Positions 7,811-14,433 of a DNA stretch of 14,433 bases are shown here, one piece after another (the stretch's first letter is position 1; each line of letters begins with the position of its first letter). Under the pieces are notes generated by a model. It ran no database searches. It saw only the letters and a program-made list of their open reading frames with translations, and was not told the DNA's origin. The DNA is from Promethearchaeota archaeon. Its GTDB lineage: Archaea > Asgardarchaeota > Lokiarchaeia > Sigyniarchaeales > SOKP01. Location of the stretch: NCBI GenBank assembly GCA_019894975.1, contig JAGXNO010000068.1, forward strand, positions 1 to 14,433, given 5' to 3'. The position numbers and the translations under genes were made by a program.

Positions 7811-9310
7811 CTATATTTTCATGATGTCAGCCCAGGCAATACGTTGCTTTTTCATCGGATCATCAACAGAAATTGTGTCTTTTCCTAGGAACATTGTTTT
7901 TCTAGTATTTATATCATATTTTGACCATTCTTCAATCCCTTCATGGTTAGGATTCCCGGTTTTAGCAAATGCAATCCAACTATCCATCATTTTTTCACTT
8001 AAAGGTTGAGCCTCTTCAAGGTTGTCAATCTCTACACCCATTTTTGGATTATCAAGACTTCCATGAATAAATCCCACATCCCCTCCATGAAAAGCTCCAT
8101 ATTCCTTTCCTTGAATTTTAAGTGGATAAGTGAAGAGATACATGTAAGTTCTTGGGGTATGAACTGATTGTTCTTCTGCTAATCGGATAGCAGAAATTCG
8201 AAAATCAAGATCTGTTGAAAATGCCGTCAAAATTGCCTCTGGATCTCCTGCATCTTTATAAACCTCAAACATTTCCAATCCCTTTTTATCATCATGGCCT
8301 AACAATTTGATAGCTTTTACAATTCTACGTTTCACCTCTCCCATATCCAATTTTTCGGAATTTGGCTTAATTTTTGGAATTGATTCATTTAAAGTGCATC
8401 CTACCATTAGATCAATATCGGATGCAATTCCTTTTTTTATCATTCCGAGGGGATGTTCAGGAATGGTGCTTCCATCAATATAGGGGGGAACAACTAAAAC
8501 CCATGGCCCTGTAGTCCACTCCACCTCATTTGCAATTTTAGTATGGACTTCTACTAATTCATTTGCAGTGATTCTACGTAAAGATTCGATATCGCCTTCA
8601 TTTATCTTTAAAGTTTTTAACACCCTTTTTGATATCTCCATTCCATTCTTCGTTTGGAAACTTAAAGGATGCGCTGCTCCACTTTGTGCAATTACTCGAT
8701 TGAAAAGCCCTTTTGATGCGGGAATACCCATTAATATTGAAACAGACCACCCTCCAGCACTGAAACCAAATATCGTGATACAGTCGGGATCACCTCCAAA
8801 AAACTCAATATTCTTTTGAATCCACTTCAATGCTTCTATCTGATCTAGAATGCCAATATTACTTTCAATGCCTTTAATTTCACTAAAACCCAATGCACCT
8901 AAACGATAGTTGATTGAAACTACTACGATATCTCCTCTTCGAGCTAATTTAAATCCATTAGGTAATCTTCCACTTCCTGAACTCATACCACCTCCATGGA
9001 ACCATACCATTACGGATCTCTTTTTATTGTCAGTACCAGGGGTCCAGATATTAAGTGTTAAACTATCTGCTTCACTCTGTGGTGTAGGAGGAAGAGTCCA
9101 TCCTGGATAATCTGCATTTTGAACACAAATAGGGCTGTAATCCAAAGCATCAAAAACACCAAACCATTTCTTTCTTGGAACTGGAGGTTTAAATCTTAAT
9201 TCTCCAATGGGACGTTCAGCATAGGGAATCCCCTTAAAAACCTTTAGATCACCGTCTATATATCCTCTAACCATTCCAACCGATGTTTCAATTATTTCTG
9301 TTGTTTGCAT
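7811..9310 (-). CDS. Type-B carboxylesterase (para-nitrobenzyl esterase-like)
   Basis: FKGIPYA, SEADSLTLNIWTP, HGGG oxyanion hole, NYRLG, nucleophile elbow GFSAGG, acid GCTLNES and His GAFHGGD. ATG 9310 is preferred over TTG 9325 because TTTATAAAA (9333-9341, minus strand) sits at leaderless spacing from it. Confidence 0.94.
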   Translation of the reverse strand: MQTTEIIETSVGMVRGYIDGDLKVFKGIPYAERPIGELRFKPPVPRKKWFGVFDALDYSPICVQNADYPGWTLPPTPQSEADSLTLNIWTPGTDNKKRSVMVWFHGGGMSSGSGRLPNGFKLARRGDIVVVSINYRLGALGFSEIKGIESNIGILDQIEALKWIQKNIEFFGGDPDCITIFGFSAGGWSVSILMGIPASKGLFNRVIAQSGAAHPLSFQTKNGMEISKRVLKTLKINEGDIESLRRITANELVEVHTKIANEVEWTTGPWVLVVPPYIDGSTIPEHPLGMIKKGIASDIDLMVGCTLNESIPKIKPNSEKLDMGEVKRRIVKAIKLLGHDDKKGLEMFEVYKDAGDPEAILTAFSTDLDFRISAIRLAEEQSVHTPRTYMYLFTYPLKIQGKEYGAFHGGDVGFIHGSLDNPKMGVEIDNLEEAQPLSEKMMDSWIAFAKTGNPNHEGIEEWSKYDINTRKTMFLGKDTISVDDPMKKQRIAWADIMKI

Positions 9311-9451
9311 ATAACTTTCAACCAAAATATTCTTTTATAAATTAATATTGAATTCCTAATAAAATTAGAGGAAAACCATCTTCTACTTGATTGTAGAACC
9401 AATTAAATGCTTGATAATAAACAAGTACATTATTGGTTGGAATAAGAAGTG

Positions 9452-9568
9452 TGGAGGGGGAGAGATTCGAACTCTCGAAGGCCTTTGCCACTGGATCTTA
9501 AGTCCAGCACCTATAGTCTTGACCCATTTTGGTGTAAAATGGCTTTGACCAAACTCGGTAACCCCTCC
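9452..9568 (-). tRNA. tRNA-Leu(UAA) with a 32-nt intron in the D-loop (exons 9568-9545 and 9512-9452; mature length 85 nt; CCA not encoded)
   Basis: Minus strand: acceptor GGAGGGG/CCCCTCC plus discriminator A, D stem ACC/GGT, anticodon arm CTGGA-CTTAAGA-TCCAG (TAA at 9498-9500), long variable arm GGC-AAAG-GCC, T arm GAGAG-TTCGAAT-CTCTC. Confidence 0.96.
9513..9544 (-). other. Archaeal tRNA intron at non-canonical position 21/22
   Basis: Intron is AGCCATTTTACACCAAAATGGGTCAAGACTAT. Removing it restores GGTCAA|AGGT, the normal archaeal Leu D-arm. There is a 4-bp central helix GGTC/GACT followed by AAA and ATA, and an internal hairpin CCATTTT/AAAATGG. Confidence 0.88.
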
Positions 9569-9696
9569 AATGTAAAAGCTCTATACTATATTATTAGCTT
9601 CTAAGGGTAACAATAATTCAAAGTTATAATTTTAATTTAAATTTTACTTAACAATATAATGTTAATAGTTAGACATAGAAGCTAATAAAAATAAAT

Positions 9697-10521
9697 TCAT
9701 TTTGTCTTGAATACAGGTTCTTTTTTTTCTCGTCTAGCCCGTGCTGCAATACCTACGTCAGGTTTACTCAGTAAAGTGATATAGCCTTCATTTTCTATAT
9801 CTAAGATTTTGTATATTTGATCCTTGAACATGGTGTGTATAGCTTGCCTCATTAGTCTAATTGATAGACCTGGTGCTTTTGGGGTAATTAATTTTAATGC
9901 CTGTTCTCTTGCAAAAGGAACGAGTTCATTAAGTGGAAGCACTTTATTTACTAGTCCAAGTTCGAAGGCCTCTTGTGCTCCAATTTTCTTTCCATAATAT
10001 ATTATTTCTTTAGCCCTTTGAAATCCAAGTTGGAGAAGTAAAAGAAATGTCGATGCGAATTCAGACATGAACGCGTTTTGAACAAAATAGAATCCTAAAT
10101 ACGCATTTTCAGAAGCATAAATAAGATCGGCACCAATTAAGAGCATTGTTATTCCCCCTCCAATAGCTAATCCATTTACAGCCGCTACTATCGGCTTAGG
10201 AAAATCAAATATTTTTCGAGCTATTCTTTTGGATGAGCGATCAGTTGGGTCTAGCATTTTTATTATTTCGGGAGTCATTTCACTCTGTATTTTTGGGCTT
10301 ACATACGCACCTGAAGAAAATGCATTTCCCTCTTGATTCCCGGTTATAACAACAACTCTGACATCATCATCATGTTCCATATATTCGAATGCAAACTCCA
10401 ATTCTAAAAACGTTATTGGGGACAGAGCATTCCTACGTTCTGGTCGATTGATAGTTATGGTACATATACCATTTTCTTCTTTTTCATATTTAATATCTTT
10501 AAAATCTTCAATAGCGATCAT
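9697..10521 (-). CDS. Enoyl-CoA hydratase/isomerase (crotonase) family protein
   Basis: ITINRPERRNAL, AFSSGA, PKPIVAAVNGLAIGGG, AQEAFELGLVNKV and a C-terminal EKKEPVF. ATG 10521 is preferred over TTG 10548. Confidence 0.92.
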   Translation of the reverse strand: MIAIEDFKDIKYEKEENGICTITINRPERRNALSPITFLELEFAFEYMEHDDDVRVVVITGNQEGNAFSSGAYVSPKIQSEMTPEIIKMLDPTDRSSKRIARKIFDFPKPIVAAVNGLAIGGGITMLLIGADLIYASENAYLGFYFVQNAFMSEFASTFLLLLQLGFQRAKEIIYYGKKIGAQEAFELGLVNKVLPLNELVPFAREQALKLITPKAPGLSIRLMRQAIHTMFKDQIYKILDIENEGYITLLSKPDVGIAARARREKKEPVFKTK

Positions 10522-10782
10522 TGTTTTCAATCTATTTCTAATGTACAATTATATTTTATATTATACTACCAAATTGAAAATGAATAATTAATTTTGTTAA
10601 AAACACCAGAAATGTAATTTAGTAATAGTTAGATATTAAAGGTTAGATAAGGTTTCCATAAAAAACAAAAAGAAATAAATAATTGTAAAATATAAGAATA
10701 ATATCATACTCACAATATATCAACTTATACTTGTAGATTAAGATTATTAACTTAAAAAAGATAGAATAAATGGTTAAAAATT

Positions 10783-11160
10783 ATGCCTGTAGGTATTCTC
10801 GTAATTCGCTGGGATAATGAAATTGGCCCAATAAATGAAGGGTTTTATCCAGAAACTTTAAAGATCACGAATAACCTGCTTACGCAAGTGTATTCAAGTC
10901 ATAGATACCAAAGTCTCAAACCTGGTTTCGCGAGCATAGCCCTTAAGAATAGTAAAGTGGTATCTTTCTTTTCAGGAGTGGGGCAAGAGTTTATATCTGT
11001 TGAAAATTATGTTGTAGCTCTTATCCTTCGAAGGGATGAGAAACCAGGAAAATATAGAGAAGTATTGAAGATAATTGCAGCAGAAATTCTAGAAAAGATC
11101 CCGGATGATACGTTTAAGAAAGTATTACCCCGCCTTTATAATCAGTTAGCTAAAGTATAA
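10783..11160 (+). CDS. Stand-alone uDENN/longin-like (NPRL2/FLCN-type N-terminal) domain protein
   Basis: GILVIRWDNEIGP....FYP resembles the hydrophobic-strand-FD-x3-GP-x6-P start of uDENN/NPRL2 longin domains. It is followed by a helix, three strands (FASIAL, VVSFF, YVVALIL) and helices. Confidence 0.65.
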   Translation: MPVGILVIRWDNEIGPINEGFYPETLKITNNLLTQVYSSHRYQSLKPGFASIALKNSKVVSFFSGVGQEFISVENYVVALILRRDEKPGKYREVLKIIAAEILEKIPDDTFKKVLPRLYNQLAKV

Positions 11161-11184
11161 ACAGTATGGTAAATTCTTTCTTTT

Positions 11185-12189
11185 CTAATTTTCACCAAGC
11201 TGCTTAACAACTATTTTTCCTTGTTCGTTAGTTTCAAGTAATCCCGCGCTTTCTAAATCTTGAACATTTCTCTTGACTACAACAATAGGTGTACCAATAG
11301 CTGCTCGTAGGTCATCAATTGTTATTGCTCCCACTTCTTCGACTATAAGAAAAGTCTTGAAAAGTACTTCTTTTTCCATCAATGGTTTTAGTTTGTCAAA
11401 GTAATTAATTTTATCAACATTTTCCTTTTGAAAATCTTGAATTTCTTTAATCTTTTTATTTAAACTCTCGATTTCTGCATTTGCCACTCGATTTTGATCA
11501 CCTAATTCACCAACTTTATTAATCAATTCTTCATGCTTATTCCTCATTTGTTCAAATCTAGAAACGGCATCTTTCGCTTCAGAGTCTCTCTCTGTAGAAA
11601 CTAATTTGCTATCCAATAATATTTGATCAAGTTGATTAAGTTTAGATTTCAATTCTTGTGTTTCTAGTAAGCGTTTTGCTTCCATTTCAGATATTATTTT
11701 AACTTGTTCATCTTTAAACTTATCTGTAAATGCTTGAAGTTCTTGAACTTTATTTTCTAGTCCTTTCCTAGCTTCTTTATGCAGAAGCAATTCTGAAGTT
11801 CTTTCAGCCATTTCTGCTCTTAAATTTCCAATAGTTTCATAAGATTCTTCTAACTTTTTCTGACTGGGGACAATTTGTTTTTTTATTAGTTCCAGTTCTT
11901 TTTGTGATTGACCGATCTCTCCCTTCGCGTACTCCAATTCAAGCTCTTTCTCATTAAGTTGTTGTCTTTGCGCACCAATGAGTTCCTTCAATTCGAGTAT
12001 ATCTTCTGGAATATCACTCATTTTAGAAAGTTTGGTCTTTTGGCTTTCAATTATAGCCTCTTGTTCACTAACAACTCGTTTTTGACGTTCTACTAATGCT
12101 GTTAACTTGTCTACCTTTGCTTGTAAAGTAGCAGTTTTCTTTTCACTCGATTCAATATTATCTAATACATCTCTTAAATCCTTTGACAT
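11185..12189 (-). CDS. Long coiled-coil protein with C-terminal winged-helix domain
   Basis: About 265 aa of E/K/Q/L-rich heptad sequence, then LFKTFLIVEEVGAITIDDLRAAIGTPIVVVKRNVQDLESAGLLETNEQGKIVV (three helices plus a beta-wing). Confidence 0.8.
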   Translation of the reverse strand: MSKDLRDVLDNIESSEKKTATLQAKVDKLTALVERQKRVVSEQEAIIESQKTKLSKMSDIPEDILELKELIGAQRQQLNEKELELEYAKGEIGQSQKELELIKKQIVPSQKKLEESYETIGNLRAEMAERTSELLLHKEARKGLENKVQELQAFTDKFKDEQVKIISEMEAKRLLETQELKSKLNQLDQILLDSKLVSTERDSEAKDAVSRFEQMRNKHEELINKVGELGDQNRVANAEIESLNKKIKEIQDFQKENVDKINYFDKLKPLMEKEVLFKTFLIVEEVGAITIDDLRAAIGTPIVVVKRNVQDLESAGLLETNEQGKIVVKQLGEN

Positions 12190-12253
12190 AATTTGTTTAC
12201 TCTTACTTTAATATTTTTTAAAGTGAACTTATAACTATTAAGAGAGAGATTAG

Positions 12254-12269
12254 TTTTATATAATTTTCG
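12254..12269 (-). promoter_or_regulatory. BRE/TATA promoter of the coiled-coil-wHTH gene
   Basis: Minus strand reads CGAAAA-TTATATAAAA, a near-consensus archaeal BRE plus TATA, 65 nt upstream of ATG 12189. Confidence 0.6.
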
Positions 12270-12348
12270 AAATTGGAAGTAGTTTATACATCCTAATATC
12301 ACATTCTATAAGGATTAATTTAAAAGTGTTTATCTTTTATTTATTATT

Positions 12349-13548
12349 ATGGTAATCGTATCCCCACTTAAACCTTTTATCCCTATTAACCCGGAAGAAT
12401 TCTGCACTAATCCTTACGATATAATCAGCAAACATGAGGAACAGGAATTAAAAAAAACCTCTAATTCCTTGATTCATCTTATTTTGCCTGATGGGGAAGG
12501 AAATAAACTTTATGAAAATGCTGCAAAAGCTTATAATGATTTTAAAGTTAAAAAACTAATTGAGCAAGAGAACTCACCAAGTATATTTGTATATAGACAA
12601 GAATCCGCTTATTTTAGTCATCAAGGGTTGATTATGGGAATTGCACTTAAAGATTACGAAGATGGAAACATTGTAAAGCATGAACACACCCGGGAAAAAC
12701 CACTCAAAGATAGAACAAATCATATTATTAAAACTAAAGTTGCAGCAGGTTTAGTTTGGACGGTTTTTAAAGAGGATAAAAAAATAAATAATCTCATTGA
12801 CCAAATAAAGGAAACAAAACCAAAATTTAAGTTTAAGAAATATGGTTATGAGCATATTTTATGGCAAGAAACAGATTCAAATATTATAAGCAAATTAGTG
12901 GTTCTTTTCAAGAATAGGAAGGTATATATTGCTGATGGACATCACAGAGCAGCGAGTGCTGCCGAATACCGTAGAATGGAATTAAAGAGCTCTAAAAAGG
13001 ACAAGATATCGGAAGATCCCTGGCAATTTCTTTTAGCTTATATAGCCTCCGATGATCAAATTCGCATCCTCCCATATAATCGGGTTATTAAGAAGCTTCC
13101 ACTATCAGAAAGTGAATTCCTAAACAAAATAGAGCAGATATTTTCCGTAGAAGTAATGGAAAATGCATTTAATCCAAAAGAAAAAAATGAAATTGCTCTA
13201 TGTTTAAAGAACAAATGGTATAAATTAACAGTTAAAGACAAAAAGTTTAATTCTAAACGCGATTCTTTGGATGTGGCAATTCTTCAAGATCAAATCTTAA
13301 AACCAATCTTAAACATCATTGATCCTCGTGCTGATGATAATATTTTCTTTGTTGGAGGAATAAAAGATCCGAAAGAAATGGAAAAATATGTAACTGAGAG
13401 AGGAAATGATTTATTTGTTAATTTATATCCTGTAGATATAAGAGATTTAGAATCTATTGCAGATGAAGGAGGGGTAATGCCACCCAAATCTACTTGGTTT
13501 GACCCTAAAGTTCTTTCAGGATTAATTCTACACGATCTAAGAGAGTAA
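12349..13548 (+). CDS. DUF1015 family protein
   Basis: PYDII, IVKHEHTR...DR, YIADGHHRAASA, ILPYNRVIK, LDVAILQ and MPPKSTWFDPK..SGL are characteristic DUF1015 motifs. Confidence 0.92.
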   Translation: MVIVSPLKPFIPINPEEFCTNPYDIISKHEEQELKKTSNSLIHLILPDGEGNKLYENAAKAYNDFKVKKLIEQENSPSIFVYRQESAYFSHQGLIMGIALKDYEDGNIVKHEHTREKPLKDRTNHIIKTKVAAGLVWTVFKEDKKINNLIDQIKETKPKFKFKKYGYEHILWQETDSNIISKLVVLFKNRKVYIADGHHRAASAAEYRRMELKSSKKDKISEDPWQFLLAYIASDDQIRILPYNRVIKKLPLSESEFLNKIEQIFSVEVMENAFNPKEKNEIALCLKNKWYKLTVKDKKFNSKRDSLDVAILQDQILKPILNIIDPRADDNIFFVGGIKDPKEMEKYVTERGNDLFVNLYPVDIRDLESIADEGGVMPPKSTWFDPKVLSGLILHDLRE

Positions 13549-13558
13549 AAAAAATCAA

Positions 13559-14433
13559 TTATTTATTTTTTTTAAGATAATCAGACATTTTTTCTGCAAT
13601 CATCATTGCAGCACTAACCTGGTTTTCAATACTTTGACTTGCTATGTGGGGTGTGATTATTAAATTCTCATCCCAATCTATTAACTCTTGATTTTTTAAT
13701 GGTTCTTCACGATAAACATCAAGGGCGGCTCCAGCAATTCTTCTATTTTTTAAAGCTTGAAGTAAATCTTTTTCATTAATTAGACTACCTCTTGCAGTAT
13801 TGATAAGTATTGCATCTTTTTGCATAAGGTTTATAGTCTGTTCATTTATAATATTTTCAGTTTGGGGCGTTGAAGGGAGATGGATGGATATAATTAGAGC
13901 ATCTTTTAATAAATCCTCAACGGAAGGATAAATTGAACATCCTGAATTCTTAGCTTCGTCAATGGCAATTTGTCCCTTACTAAATCGAGAATAAACTCCA
14001 ACATCCATTCCTAGCCCAAGAGAAATTTTTGCTAAATGTTTTGCTATATTACCAAATCCTATCAAACCAAGTTTTTTTCCCTTTAAAGTATATCCTAAAC
14101 ATTCACTTTTATTCCATTTTCCTTCATGAGTGGTACGATCAGCATAAGAAATTTTTCTTATTAATGAGAGCATCAATCCTAATGCAAACTCAGCTACCGA
14201 AACAGCAGGGGCTTCAGGAGTATTCAAAACTTTAATATTCATCTCTTCAGCTTTTTGCTGATCTACGTTATCTAATCCTACTCCCGCTCTACCAATGACT
14301 TTTAAGTTTTTAGCGTTATCTAAGATCTCGGAAGTTAATTTTGTTCTTGAGCGAATTACAATGCCATCATATTTTTCTATTTCTTCTTTTAATGTTTCAT
14401 GGGAAATGGTAAAATCTTTTATTACTCTAAATC
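13559..14433 (-). CDS. serA: D-3-phosphoglycerate dehydrogenase-like D-2-hydroxyacid dehydrogenase, short form without ACT domain (5' end outside the window)
   Basis: The frame continues upstream of the tracked ATG 14242 (DGIVIRSRTKLT...LKVIGRAGVGLDNVD). GLIGFGNIA Rossmann motif, INTARG, ALDVYREEP and TPHIA catalytic motifs. Adjacent to DUF1015. Confidence 0.85.
   Translation of the reverse strand, partial: FRVIKDFTISHETLKEEIEKYDGIVIRSRTKLTSEILDNAKNLKVIGRAGVGLDNVDQQKAEEMNIKVLNTPEAPAVSVAEFALGLMLSLIRKISYADRTTHEGKWNKSECLGYTLKGKKLGLIGFGNIAKHLAKISLGLGMDVGVYSRFSKGQIAIDEAKNSGCSIYPSVEDLLKDALIISIHLPSTPQTENIINEQTINLMQKDAILINTARGSLINEKDLLQALKNRRIAGAALDVYREEPLKNQELIDWDENLIITPHIASQSIENQVSAAMMIAEKMSDYLKKNK

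Noticed and set aside
7821-9110. ORFs 7821-8009, 8568-8819 and 8910-9110 (+)
   Set aside because: Antisense shadows of the carboxylesterase.
7170-9452. Possible tRNA-anchored integrated island (GNAT plus esterase next to the tRNA 3' end)
   Set aside because: No integrase or transposase, and I saw no duplicated tRNA 3' end (att site) in the window.
9697-9699. TGA stop of the crotonase as possible selenocysteine read-through
   Set aside because: It falls at the natural family C-terminus (EPVFKTK), and I recognised no SECIS-like element.
12205-12224. ACTTTAA-N6-TTAAAGT inverted repeat
   Set aside because: Almost entirely A/T in a very AT-rich spacer, with no independent support.
11908-14235. 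ORFs 11908-12096, 13056-13241, 13290-13487 and 14029-14235
   Set aside because: Antisense shadows of the coiled-coil, DUF1015 and serA genes.
1-14433. CRISPR array, IS element or tandem repeats
   Set aside because: No regularly spaced repeats, terminal inverted repeats or transposase/cas motifs were seen.

Overview
Low-GC (about 30%) archaeal chromosomal window, most consistent with an Asgard archaeon of the Lokiarchaeia type. This is an inference from the archaeal SepF, BRE/TATA promoters, an intron-containing archaeal tRNA and two longin/uDENN-like proteins. It holds 16 probable CDSs: two type-B carboxylesterase paralogues (one cut by the window edge), SepF, a nitroreductase, an MFS transporter, a PAP2 phosphatase, a tandem-2TM membrane protein followed by a PadR/zinc-ribbon regulator, a DUF4332 (HhH)-transglutaminase-like fusion, a longin plus winged-helix protein that seems to start at AUU, a GNAT, a crotonase-family enzyme, a stand-alone uDENN/longin-like protein, a long coiled-coil plus winged-helix protein, DUF1015 and a 5'-truncated SerA-like dehydrogenase. 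It also holds a tRNA-Leu(UAA) with a 32-nt intron at the non-canonical D-loop position 21/22. I saw no mobile element or CRISPR array. The best candidates for undescribed biology are the cytoplasmic HhH-transglutaminase/protease fusion with its upstream longin-wHTH neighbour, the 4-His 2TM/PadR pair, and the uDENN and coiled-coil-wHTH proteins. All family calls come from motifs recognised by eye; no database search was run.
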